Source: Octopus sinensis (Eukaryota). From it: 64,000 bases of DNA. Position numbers and translations under genes: made by a program. How positions within the stretch are numbered: position 1 is the stretch's first letter; each line of letters begins with the position of its first letter. The stretch covers positions 7,316,001 through 7,380,000 of the forward strand of contig NC_043008.1 of the NCBI RefSeq assembly GCF_006345805.1, in the 5' to 3' direction. Shown in pieces: positions 12,055 through 25,450 of the stretch. Below the pieces are notes generated by a model, which did no database searches, had not been told where the DNA came from, and worked only from the letters and a program-made list of their open reading frames with translations.

Positions 12055-12276
12055 TTCGAGAAGGTGCTGTAAAGATCTTGGTTTAAATGTATCGCAAAGG
12101 CCCTGGTTGGTGGCCCAAAATTCCGAGTTCTTTCACAAGGCTTAGACGAATCTGAAGGATCACTGCAATAAGTGTGTGAATCTGAGAGGGGAAAATGTTG
12201 AATAAATTCATAATAAAGAGTTTTTCCTGTATATTTCTTTTACCCAAAGTTAAGAATTTTTCAGTATCCCCTAGCA
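12055..12276 (+). mobile_element. Mariner-derived MITE
   Basis: Degenerate TIRs (ttcgagaaggtgctgtaaagatcttgg / ccaaagttaagaatttttcagtatccccta). An internal remnant KDHCNKCVNLRGENVE* (12155-12205) matches the mariner transposase C-terminus. A homologous copy lies at 33822. Confidence 0.7.
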
Positions 12277-12993
12277 TACTTACTACTCCCCGAAGAGATT
12301 CCTACGTACTACGACAGAATCTGGTGAAGGACATTCAAATGTAACTCGGACTGTATGACACCAATTACCTACTCATGTAGTAAGTGTTTCCGCTTTTTAT
12401 TAGAACCTGTAGAATACGATTAACCTGACGTCTCCTCTTCTCCGTGTAACATTCACTGAAAAACCTAGTTGTGTTCCTGAAACGTTACTCGTCACAGAAT
12501 GCCAGCGTATTATGTGAAGGGGGTTCCACTTAAAGAACTAAAGTCAATAACTGATATGAAACCCTCAATGCTCAACTAAAGAAACAGTCTCTTTTAAGAT
12601 CTCATAACCTCGAATTCGAAATGTTTTTATTATGTACCAATGTTACGAAAATTTAAGCGATTGGGAGTTGAGTAAAACAGTGGCCCATTGTACTTACTTC
12701 TTGATTATGCTCTTTGTGGCTGCGTGTTATAATGGTTAATATAGATCGCTTTCCAAATTCATGTTCCGACTCTTCATCCTAATGCCTTCTCGAAGATTTT
12801 TGAGCGTCTCAATGTATAGCTCGCTATGGATACGTATCGATCAATAGAGTAATGATTCAAATCCATATTTTTCTCTTCCCAAGTCTGTTTCTCTTCCTGT
12901 ATATATAAGTGTATTAGTGTGTGTACATATACATACATACACGCACATACACACACGCACAGATACATATAACATATTTACATACACACTATT

Positions 12994-13037
<44 letters not shown>

Positions 13038-14239
13038 TGTACATACATACATAAATATATATGTACAGATATATATACATATGTACATACATAAATACAT
13101 ACATATTACATATACCTACATATATATATATATATATAAATATATGTACATATATATATGTACATATATATTTATATCTATCTATCAATGTGTGTGTGTG
13201 TAGTGTATGAATTACGTGTGTGTGAATGCATTCTTTTTAGTAAGAGAATATATGTTTACGTAACACAGAAAAGAACTAGCGCCCATTATTATTGGTTTGG
13301 AATATTCAGTTGCATTGTTTAGTTTCCCGGAGGGTGCGATTACACAATGAATACTTGCTGATTTTGAAGTTTGTCTCCTCCCACTATTCTTTCGTTTAAT
13401 CACACATAATACTGGACCCAGTCATTTTTGCTTCAGATACTTGACCGATATACTGATTTATCGAGAGATAAATGTAAAATACAAGAAATCGATAAGTCTG
13501 CTCTGTATAAAAAAAACAACAAAAAACAAAACAAAAACTTACCAAGCTGATCAAGGACCTTTTCATCATTACTTGGCTTTGATATATTGCCTAAATATTA
13601 ATTACTGCCATATTATTCAAAGAGAAACCCGCTTTCCCTTCAGCCGTTTTCTTTATTTATTCTCCGGTTAAATTAATAAATACGTAAATAAATAAAACAA
13701 AAAGAACAGATAAAGAGAAATAAATAGTAAACTAAAAAAAAAAATAAAGCATTTTCAATCTGGCACAAGACAGCTTAATCAACTCTGGGCTACAGGATGT
13801 CTGAATTAATCTAAAAACGGATTAAATTACGTTTCATATATTTTACCAGATGAACGTTTTTTTGTTTTGTATATTTATATATTTTACTTGTCGTTTGTTT
13901 TTGAATGTGAATGGGTATATTAATAAGAGTTACGACTAGTTGAATCGATAAGTATATGGATTACTGAGTAATGAATGATGCTGGTTCGTATCGGACCACT
14001 GACAAAGGCCAGTGTCCCTTAAAAAGATATTCGATAACCAACAGGTCAGAAACAGTGCATATAGCTGCTGCTGCTGTGGCATTGATGTTAGCTGCATCTT
14101 TTTGTGCAATTCCTAATAGTTTTGCAAGATGTTGCAATTAACCTTTAAGTATTCAACTAAGTAGAGGGAAGTGGCCATTAATGGCTGATAGACTAATATT
14201 TTATTCTTCTCTTCAGAATGGATCACTTGGTGCTCTGTT

Positions 14240-15150
14240 TGACCTTCCGATGGTTGGTATCGATATGGAAGAATATAAAGCAATATCCGATACGTGGACG
14301 CATAACTTACTAGAAACAGCAGATAATTTTTCTAAAAGCAAGCTTTACCCTCCTGTGAATCCATAAAGATTATATACCAATGAAAAGACGTAATGTTCAC
14401 TGCTATTATCGATCTCTATTAAAGGCCAACAACACAAGAAGAAAAGCAGGTTAGCAAACGAGGGAACACTCCACTATAGTAGGGCTTCGTTATCTTTTGT
14501 TATTCTGCCAACAATTTGATGTAGAAATTTCTATAAGCATCCCTCAGTGTTGTCCCTTACCCGAATCTGACGTGAATACATTTCTGTATATGCGCTCCTT
14601 CATCTTCCATTTCTATATTAGTGACCTTCAAATTGCCACATCAAACAATGACCTTTTGTAAGCAGATAATACACTATTGTCTAAGCAATACACCGTACGT
14701 ATAAATCTCCTTCAGTCATCCATGCACAACGGAGACACCAAATACAAAACACACTCCAATTACATGAAATGGGAAATTAGATGAATGGGAATAGTCTCAC
14801 TTTTAATAGTAGGTCAGTAGACACATATGATGCTCATACCAAGAAAATATCATCACCCATTAAATATGAGCAGCATGCAACCGTAACACCGAATGTCGTT
14901 TCACACAGTCAACGAGGACTTCATCTACCGAAAGCACTTACGTAAAATTTCCAGGACCGCAACCCAACAATTGACTCATCTCCGACAATTAGTGAAGCCC
15001 GACAAAGCTCGGGTGTCTCCGACAAACGGACACTGCTCTACGTGACTATGCCTGCTGATCTACTCGCTCAGACTTCCTAAATTACTTCCTTGGAGTTGGC
15101 AGACCACGTGTTATCTACATTCAAGTTTCCTCGGCCGTTCGACTTACATC
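14240..15150 (+). pseudogene. Highly decayed CR1/L2-like LINE reverse-transcriptase remnant
   Basis: Colinear degenerate RT motifs: GIDMEEYKAISDTWTHNLL (LD..KAFD.VWH..LL), SIPQCCPL (GVPQG) at ~14536, and FYISDLQIATSNNDLL*ADNTLL (INDL...YADD) at 14605-14679. The 3' boundary is approximate. Confidence 0.5.
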
Positions 15151-15921
15151 TATTTTTGGAGATATTGTCTTACAATAACCCAAAATAGTAATATTTACAG
15201 TGGGGCTTTGGAAGCCAAGGTTACTGTCTCTTCATCTTCAGATAACAAGTATAAAGAATACATTTGTGTTTGTGAGCCCCAAAGCGCGAATCTATTAAAA
15301 TGCCAATTACATATAATCAGATCCCTACAATAAGCACTGATTGCACGGTAAAATGCGTATGTTCAGATTTTGCAGTGAAAAACTTAAGAACATCCACGAA
15401 GAACTTTCTCTTTCTTCTATGTATCATACACAAAATTACTCGAGCAGTGTGCCACCCCAGTGGACAGTAAAGTTCTGTAACCATCAAAACCGAACTTGAC
15501 AATGACGTCGATATAGTTCCTTCGAGTGCTGTCTGAGTTCGTGATAAAATAAAGATTGACCGTTACTGCACAACGTATTTATAGATTGCAGAAATGCAAT
15601 AAAGTCAGGCGAATCACAATTTTTCAATAATCACCCTCTGCTTTATGAAAACTTATAACCAGAGTTATTTAAAATAAAGACCAATACATAGACTAAACTA
15701 CTGTCAAATAGATATTTCAAGGAAATAATAGATTTAAATATGGCGCCAGTTTAATCATATTCTTATTCCGGCGGTTTGTCAGGTTTTTATTAAAAGAGAC
15801 CTTTTATATAAGTAACCACCAATGAGGTGTTTTTGAGAAGTTATTTTTTATCACTGACTTTTCGTTCAACATTATTTCATTTTTTTCTGAAAATACATCC
15901 ATATATAAATATATATGTATA

Positions 15922-15965
<44 letters not shown>

Positions 15966-17240
15966 ACACATGTATAAGTATATACTCATACACAAAAGTC
16001 TAGATTATACATGTATAGACAAACACGCGCGCGCGTGTGTGTATGTGTTGTTTCCAATTTATGTTTAATAGAGTCTTTAGATTGGAACAAAGCATTTTAA
16101 TGCGATCGACTCGCTAGAGAGAATGTAAAGTTCAGTAGGGTATAAGCGTCACACAGATTCATGATCGGTCTTCTCAGAAAATGAGGCCCCACGGTGATTC
16201 GAAAAATCGATTTTATATGTTTTAGATGAAGTGACTCGTTGCCAAAGAAAAAAAAGAAATGATTGTTTTGTTGATTTGGGTAAAATAAAAAACATAAGCA
16301 TTTCGATTAATATAATATTCTATATATATGTATGTATGTCTGTATGCAGATACACACACAAGAACATGTGTATATGTAACGCATGTATGTACATGTATGT
16401 GAGAATGATTTGCACACACACACACACACATATACATAAGCAGAAACACACACACACGTCAAAAACAAAAACAAAAAAACTGACCGCCTCTATACACAAT
16501 ATACCATATAACTTCTTGCTGAATGATAAACCTGATATCTAAAACTCTCACCGGCCGCCTGCTCACGTCTCCTTCGTAGGGACCGAATTTACAACTCGAG
16601 TAGTTAATCGCGTGTGTGGTATCAATGGAAAACCTCACTCTTGCCGATCCTCTGCTGATTCTTTCTGCAAGATGTCATAGGTTTATATGAAAGCTTACGG
16701 ACATTCAGACATAAATTATTAACCTAAACCAATGCTAAAATCAAAAATAGCTCACGAACCGGAACCATATTTTAGAACTCTATTCTTTACCACGACGAGA
16801 TCTGGTAAGCATTGTTAGAGATTACTGTTACTTTATTACCTTTTTACTCCAAACCTTCCTTTCCCATCAATATTATCGATAATGACTGCGGAGGAAGGAT
16901 GCCAAAAAATGTTGATTTATCTAAGATATTTCTTTTCTTTATCCAAACCACAAAGCTACATGGATTCTATTTTTCATAACATTAAGCAGTTACGAGCCAA
17001 ATTTTCCACTTGAGTGATCACTTGTCTGTTTCAAGTAGCTTCTCTTTTTTATATTGCAGAAACAAAGTACGAAAAGCCAATGAATGGCTCATCCAACTCT
17101 TAGCTCTGCTCTAGGTTAGAATGGTGATTTTTTACCAGTCTTGGCACCTGATCTTAGCTAGGAAGACTGTATTCGGATTGCTAATCCATGTCTACTTGTC
17201 CAACTCATCAATTCATTCTTCTAGCATATACTTTTATTTA

Positions 17241-17619
17241 AGTGTGGCTGTGTGGTAAGAAGCTTGCTTCCAAAACCACATGGTTCCAAGTTCAGTCTGA
17301 ATGCGAGGCACATAGGGCAAACGTCTTCTACTATAGCCTTGGGCCAACCAAAGCCTTGTGAGTGGATTTGGTTGTCGGAAACTGAAAGAAGCCCATCGTA
17401 TTATGTATATATGTATATATGTGTGTGTTTGTGTGTCTGGGTTTGTCCCCCCAACTGACAACTGATGCTGGTGTGTTTACGTCCCCGTAACTCAACGACC
17501 CGGCAAAAAAGACCAATAGGCTTACAAAGAATACGTCTCTGGGTCGATTTGCTCGACTAAAGGCGGTGCTCCAGCATGACCGCAGTCATATGACTGAAGC
17601 AAGTAAAAGAGTAAAAGAG
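17241..17619 (+). mobile_element. Family B SINE
   Basis: gtggctgtgtggtaagaagcttgctt...aaagccttgtgagtggatttgg...gcggtgctccagcatg...aagtaaaagagtaaaagag. Confidence 0.9.
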
Positions 17620-18574
17620 CAATCTGAGTAGTTTATCTCACTGAATTAGATATTCTGAAAACAGTGAAGCAGATTATGAAGGCTAAAAATAAAAGTAGTA
17701 ACCGGTTGACTTTCACTTGAATATGACACAAGCATTCCTGTTTCTGAGTAACATTAAGACGGCCACCGCCAGAAATATCACGAGGGTGCGAAACCCTAAT
17801 TAATGCCACTTGATACAAATATTCCTCAATGGTATGTCACACGACGTAGGTCAGACACGAATTGCTGTCAATAGAACTACCAAATAATCACAATCTTTAG
17901 AAATAAACCAACTTCAGAAGAATGTATTTTGTTATTTTGCTCATAATTTAGAGCAAATTATAGTCTGTCTGTTAAAAAGTGACTTGCATTAAAATGACAC
18001 CCTTGCAAGTGAAATGGTGCGCTAATATGTTTTGCTTTTAAAATTCTGTGTTGGAATTTTATGTTGAAATATTTTAAATTATATCTTTGCTGTATTGTTG
18101 TCCATGTAGTAAAAAATAAATATATTGTCTTACATACTTTTGAAAAAAAATGCTATTGTCAAAAAGTTAGAGTAATTTTCACTCTCGTAAAAAAAATCAC
18201 AGTATGATATATATGCTACGTGGTATAAGAAATATGCTACAATATATATATATATATATATATATGTTTGTGTGTGTGTGTATGTACGTGTGTGTGTGTG
18301 CGTGTGTGTTTGTATATATATATATATACATATAAATATATATATGTTAGTGTGTGTTTATATACTACAGCCACGACTTTGGAGCCAGGTTAAGTTAATT
18401 GCTTTAGATCACTCTGTTGTCATGTGCCTACCGCCTCCAAATTTATAAACCCGACGCAGTAAAACAACACGAATGTGATTGCTGGGGAGAGTAAAGGTAC
18501 ACGAATACACGGGAGTAACGAAAAATTGAAGTGCTTTGTCTCAAGGAACCGAACCCACATCCTTGTGATCATCT

Positions 18575-18658
18575 AAGTTACGGGAACGTAAACACACCAG
18601 CATCGCTTGACAACCGATGCTGGGGGGACAAACACAGACACACCAACATACACACTCA

Positions 18659-18699
<41 letters not shown>

Positions 18700-18849
18700 G
18701 ACGGGTTTTTTTCAGTTTCCGCCTTTCAAATCCACTCACAAAGCTTTGGTCGGCGCGAGGATATAGAAGACACCTACCCAAGGTGGGACTGAACCCGGAG
18801 CCACGTGGTTGGTAAGCAAGTTACTTACCATATAGTCACTCCCGCGCCT
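18575..18849 (-). mobile_element. Family B SINE, 3'-truncated
   Basis: aaatccactcacaaagctttggtcggc...gggactgaacccgg...ttaccatatagtcactcccgcgcc. Confidence 0.85.
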
Positions 18850-20505
18850 TTCTCCTGATATTTCCAAATTTCATAGATTACTACAGCTGCTGCGTACATT
18901 CACTGCTGAAATAGGAACATTATTGCCGAGAAAATCAGTAGTTAATATAAGAATACTTATTAATTAACTGAATTGAAATGAGGAAGCCATTTTATTGGGA
19001 ACTAAAATTGACATAATGTTGATCAATGAAAACAGTTTCTTATTATAGAGCTTTTGAGGGAGAATTGATTGCTATTTCTTTTAAATGAAGCTGTGGCCTA
19101 TATCAGGAGAATACGAATTTCGAACCCGTCCCGCTCAATCATTAAAAATGTTGCTTAATGTACTACTTCATAGCATTGAAACATATTTATCAACAATGCC
19201 TCATTTATGGTTTAAAATATCCTACAAAGACAGCACGGTACAGGAAAAAGATATGCACCACCACTTCTGCACTTTCGTATCCTAGTCAGTCGAACTTTTA
19301 ATCTTCTAGTGTTAGAAATAATTTCTCTAAAATATAGAGAGAAACAGTAGCAGCTCCAACACAGCTTTGTCTTTTGTAATTATTTGTCCAACAGTTTTTT
19401 TTTCTGCAAGGACAGACAGTTCTGTAGATAGAATTTCTACACTGGCTTCTTAAATAAGCTATAAATCTGACATCAGCTCACACCAGCAACCAACTGATAT
19501 ATCTGTTATTAGCTTTATTTCTTTAATTGACAGATTTCACCGACTTTGCTGACCAGTCACTTAAGCTTGTCAGCAATAACTATGTTTATTTTGATGTCAT
19601 AGGAATAAAGAGTAACTTTTCAACATTACTTCTTGAATTTACCTCGATGTTTGTCAGCTTCAAAGCATTTCTCGGTACTTTGTTCCTCTGTTGATATATT
19701 TCGAGATCTAAGTGGCATTCCGTCTGGTTATTTTTAGATAGTGTTTAACGTTAGAGAGAGAAATGAAGCAAGAGGGAGACAGATATAGAAATTATGTCAG
19801 TTAAGGTGACAGAGGAGGATGAATGAAGTCAAATAAAATGATAACTGATTAAATTAATGCTAGCCGAAGGTAACGTAAACTTAAAAGAGTCCGTAGAGTG
19901 TTTTACGTTTTCTTAAGCTACACTCAGTCTATAGATTTGATGTTTAACCCTTGCTACTGCAGTTGCCGGTGTTAATAATAGAAAATGCGTGAAATACGAA
20001 GCGACCTCTTTAAGACCGTGGAATGCAGAGTATATGTTGGATTAAATATCGAACTTTATCTTGTAATTCTTAGCACATAATCCATTTTAATTTAAACTTA
20101 ATAAAAGAGGCAGAAGTGAGATGTAGAAAGAGATTTAAAAAATACTGAAAATGTGTGAGAGGAAAGGAAGAAAGAATGGTAGGCAGAGAAATTAAATATT
20201 GTTAGTGGAATTAAATGAAACACAGTGTCGAAGTAAATACATTATTAGTAGTCTTGTTTCTGTGACTAACATCATCATTATACTCTTCACCATCATCTCC
20301 ATTTTCCCGTTACACAGTATTTCAAACATGCATATATAAACAGCAATGAATTAAAGATTTTCCTGAAACTTCTAACGTGAAGCTTAGCGGAGAAAATGTT
20401 TACAGAATTGATATTGGACTCCTAAAGGCACTAGACTGATCCAGAAACGTATTGCATATTCTTGAGCAAATATTAGAGAAAAATAGCAGCACCAACACCA
20501 CCATA

Positions 20506-20560
<55 letters not shown>

Positions 20561-20561
<1 letters not shown>

Positions 20562-20906
20562 GGTGCCCTGGGAATGATAGCAAAAGGGGCTGATAGCTAC
20601 CTAACTCAGATACCAGGAAACCCCAAAATGGCAGAAATTCAAAAGATAGTGCTCATGGGAACTGCTCATATCCTACGCAAAATACTTTCTATGTAATCTC
20701 AAGGTTTAAAACAAACATAATTTTCGGTTTAAAAAACAAAAAAAAACAACTTTTTTTTAGACATTCATTAATACAACACCCCACCCCCCAAATATATGGC
20801 ACACTAGGCATAACAACAGCATGAACTTCCAACCCTGTTGTCTCTTGAGGTCTCTGGGTGAGACTTGGAGCCAACTTGTACAAATATAAAGCAAAAGTCA
20901 AACATA

Positions 20907-20907
<1 letters not shown>
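20561..20907 (+). mobile_element. 5'-truncated R4/Dong-clade LINE (C-terminus of the restriction-like endonuclease region plus 3'UTR) inserted in a (TAA)n tract
   Basis: 20562-20696 reads GALGMIAKGADSYLTQIPGNPKMAEIQKIVLMGTAHILRKILSM*, matching the GALG...IQK..L.GTA.ILRK.L terminus of R4/Dong ORFs. Pure (TAA)n flanks both sides (20508-20560 and 20908 onward). Confidence 0.8.
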
Positions 20908-21002
<95 letters not shown>

Positions 21003-21024
21003 TAATAATAATGATGATGATGAC

Positions 21025-21055
<31 letters not shown>

Positions 21056-21061
21056 ACATTA

Positions 21062-21985
21062 TTGCCAAAAGTCAACAACAATAGAACTACTAAATATAAC
21101 ATCGCTAAACCAACTGGCCCCTGCTACAGCTGCAGCTATTACTGAAACAAAAGGCATAAAGCCCAAAAAAAGAAAACTGCTCAACAGAAGAAAAGACAAC
21201 CGAAAATGGAAAGAATACTTAGAAAAGGATACACAATGCATGAGGGGCCACCTATCAATACTGACCGAAATAAGTAACGGAAACCAGGTCAACCAAAGAA
21301 AAGCCAAGAAAATATGCAAAAAGCATGGGATCAATCAAAAAGAATGAAATACCTGAAGCAAAAAATGCAAAGCAAAGGCACAACGACTGTCACGATATAC
21401 AAAGAGAAGCAAACAATTAAGATAAAACAAATGATTTAAAGAAGATGGAAAGAAATTTTATAGGGAACTCGGTAAACAACAAACAAATGTTGAGCAATCG
21501 CCAAAGAAAAAGGATATGGAAAATTTCTTGGAGTACGATATGGGAAAATGAGAAGCAACATAATGAAGATGCAGAATGGATTAAGGAACGAGAAACATTC
21601 CTGGAAAATAAAGAAGTACAGCAAAGGGAATATATTCAAAAAGAGGAGGTCACCCTGGCCCTGAAAAAGGCCAGTAATTGAAAGTCACCGGGGAATAGAT
21701 CGAGTACAAAACTTCCGGATCAAACAGCTAGTTGATATACACGGATATATGTCATCAGCATACAACGAAGTTATGAAGAACCCAGAAAATAGCTCAGACT
21801 GGTTGACACAGGGAGTGACATATTTAATACCAAAAACAAATGACACAGGAAACCCAAAGATCTATAGAACAATCAGCTGTCTACTAACAATGTATAAAAT
21901 ATTAACATCTGTAATCACTGAAAGAACATACACATTCCTAGAAGAAAGCAACCTACTACCACCAGAACAAAAAGGTTTTCGAGGA
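21062..21985 (+). pseudogene. Decayed R4/Dong-type LINE ORF fragment (pre-RT region and RT N-terminus)
   Basis: Frameshifted translation gives ...KKFYRELGK...FWSTIWENEKQHNEDAEWIK...LKKASN*KSPG...DWLTQGVTYLIPK...NPKIYRTISCLLTMYKILTS...LLPPEQKG. This explains ORFs 21445-21681 and 21749-22228. Confidence 0.85.
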
Positions 21986-22915
21986 CGGATGGTTGCATCT
22001 GTACAAGGTAAATTACTCAATGAAATATTCCATATTGAAATAAAGGTAAGAGTCAACATGGGAAGTGAATCTCCGAGAATTAATGAAGACCTATTAAAGA
22101 TAAGACCCATCTACAAAGGTTTATCTACAGACATGTCTTTTCCTCGCGAGAGGCGAAATTTATTCGCTTGGAAAATAAAACTCAGCAGATGTCTAAAGCC
22201 CAGATCCTCCAAAAAAGATCAAATTTAATGGAAAAATACCCATCAAAATTAGAATAATTGAACTGAATCAAAAATAAATCCTACGATAAACATAATTTTC
22301 TAAAAAAAATTGTCTATGAAGGATAAGATATCTGTGTTTAGTTTACGAAACAAAAATACAATTAAAAACAGAATATGTTCGTTGACTACATTGGCAAATA
22401 TATAGATCATTGGAGAGTTACAAGGTTTTGGGTGTTAGAATTTAACGTTTGGGATTAGAATATAGGGTTTGTGTTGGTGTAAAGTATTAAGGTTTATTTT
22501 TTTAGAAGTGTTAAAATCATGACGAACAATTTTGATAATTTTCTATTTTAAATTACTTTCTTCGAAAATGCATCTTCTTCACGAGCTTTCACATCATAGC
22601 ATTGAATATTTCAAATAATGGATGATAAACTATTTCTTTCGTTTCATTGTTTCTGAATGCTGCTCTTTCTTGTGTGCTTCAGGTAAGATTAAATATTTTT
22701 TGTCTTCGATATAATAATTTCCATTTAGTGCCCGAACGGGATTTAGTTTCCTTTTAACTGTTGTAATAGCGTATTTTTGTACATTATTGTAAATGATAGC
22801 AATGAGCACATAGAATTTAATTTTGCTGTAGGAGTAACATGAACAATATAACATCGAGTAAGAGGGGATGAAAATTCGGGTAGAATTAGAGACAAAGATA
22901 TCATGACGTAGTTAT

Positions 22916-23024
22916 GCAGACCTCTCCCATTCAAACGCAGACCCTCTTCCTTTCAAAACGCACACTGCTCCCATTCAAAACGCAGACCACTCCCGATCAA
23001 AATGCAGACGTTCTCCTTCTAAAG
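22916..23024 (+). repeat. Minisatellite, five ~22-bp units (GCAGACCNCTCCCATTCAAAAC)
   Basis: Units start at 22916, 22937, 22960, 22982 and 23004. Confidence 0.8.
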
Positions 23025-23118
23025 GAGGGGATTCAGGGATCAATAGAGGCTGGTGTAGCTACGATGGTGTTTTGTAGAAAAGAAAATGTAAGAGGATGAT
23101 CTAATGAAACAAAAACAC

Positions 23119-23151
<33 letters not shown>

Positions 23152-23824
23152 AAGAATTTCGGTTAAATTGTGGGTGTAGTTGTCTTAGAGCATCAACACT
23201 TAAAGTGTAATCTCTATTCTCTTGTGATTTCAACAATTTCGTTTAGTTTTTCAGATTCCATCCACCAAACCCTCCAACGCGGGTCTGGCTGTAAATCAGC
23301 TCTCCTGCAAAGAAGATTAGATTCTTTCGTAACAAGGTCTACATTGGTTAATACTGAGATAGATCACCGTACCGTTTCCTTCAAATGTTTTACATTGTTT
23401 AAGTAATCTGTAAGGCTATACGCCATGTATATAAATATAAATATATATATATATCTTTGTATTAAGATGTATGTATATGTAAGTAGATATTTGTATGTAT
23501 ATATAAATATGAGTTACTTCATAGCTATGTTAACAGAAATATATAAAAGAAAAACCAACTATAAAAATAGTTTAGATGTTACAAAAAAATCCCTTAGTTT
23601 TACATCTTGGTTGCTGTACGAAGTAATACTTCTGGGGTTTCGTTATTTCCTGCAAGAAGGAAAAAGGACATTTTTGATTTGTGTAAATCTGCAAGTGATA
23701 TGATTGCTGACTGATGTATGTTTTTTGTCCGTGCTATGAATAAACATTTGATAGCATGAGATAAGAACGCTTAAGATAGACATGATAAAGATACATTCAT
23801 CATCCCCACCCCATATGTGTATAC

Positions 23825-23849
23825 ATGATATACGCGCCAATATATACAT

Positions 23850-23881
<32 letters not shown>

Positions 23882-23930
23882 GTATATTTATATACATATG
23901 CATATATATATATATACATATATATGTATG

Positions 23931-23963
<33 letters not shown>

Positions 23964-24063
23964 TACATGCATATATGGGTTCAGGACGTCACCAACGGTT
24001 CAAACAACATGAAATACGTAAACAAACGAGTTAAATACGTAAACAACGAGAAAAATGTGTAAG

Positions 24064-24132
<69 letters not shown>

Positions 24133-24248
24133 CATATCTATATATATACATATATATATATACATATGTATATATATATGTGTGTATATCTACATGTATA
24201 TATATATGTACACATATATAGATATATGGATGAATGCTTGCGTGTGTA

Positions 24249-24296
<48 letters not shown>

Positions 24297-24457
24297 CGAG
24301 AGAGAGAGAGAGACAAGTATATGGAGGCACACATGTATAGATACCTAGTTGTGGTGGTGTAGAAGGCAGAAAGAGAACTCAATACCATGTAGATTTTACA
24401 TGTATTGCTAATGACTTCATGTAGCAGGACAGAATGTGCGGCTGTGAATGCATACAC

Positions 24458-24526
<69 letters not shown>

Positions 24527-25199
24527 TCACGCACACCCATACACACACACAAACACACACAATCACACACATATATTAGACAGAAAGAAAGGAAACAGAA
24601 GGAAACGAAGAAAGAGTGAGAGAGGATCTGAAAATGACTAAAAAGTGACCAGCATCCTTTTGCATCAATAGGGTTTAGAAATCAGGAGAGTTGTGTTTGC
24701 TGGAAAAGAAATGACACTCTGCTGCTCTGGTTATCTTTCTTATATTCCGGCGATGTTCAATTTTAGCAATAAAATTGGGCGGTGTGTGTTTTGTCAGGTG
24801 TTGATAGGGTGGGCCTATATTTACAAATGGCAGGCTTCATTGGGAGATATATGGTAGGAAATAGAAATCGCACAGATAATAGTAAAAATAAATATATAGC
24901 ATGAAGTGCTTTTTACGTCTTCCCTGTTTAGCTATGGCGTAATTCACGCAGCTTATCTCACAGACAAAGAACGGAGCTGACGTGTGATGGCTATGGTGAT
25001 GGCCATGGCGAAAGGAAACGGCGATTGGGAATTCAGATTGTCATGTGTTAATATGCTAGATTTTGCAATCTGTTACATATAAAGTTGGAGATATCAAGGC
25101 ATAAATACATCTCTATATAAATATACATATGTTCCCCTCTATTTTTCATTCTTCCTGCCCACTTTTCTATCTATCATTCTTTCTCTCTTTTGACTTGTC

Positions 25200-25271
<72 letters not shown>

Positions 25272-25403
25272 TGTATACATATACACATACACTCAAATTC
25301 ACATACTGCCCAAATATATTCAACTATATGTTGTTCATATATGCATGCGTACTAATGTACCTATATATGTGTATATATATATTTATACCCTCACACAGAC
25401 ACA

Positions 25404-25445
<42 letters not shown>

Positions 25446-25450
25446 CACAC
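23825..25450. repeat. Cluster of (TA)n, (CA)n and (GA)n tracts
   Basis: Direct reading; tracts are interrupted by unique sequence (notably ~24650-25200). Confidence 0.85.

Noticed and set aside
14181-14366. 61-aa ORF behind a good splice acceptor as a host exon
   Set aside because: Better explained as the KAFD-region of the decayed RT remnant; there is no partner exon.
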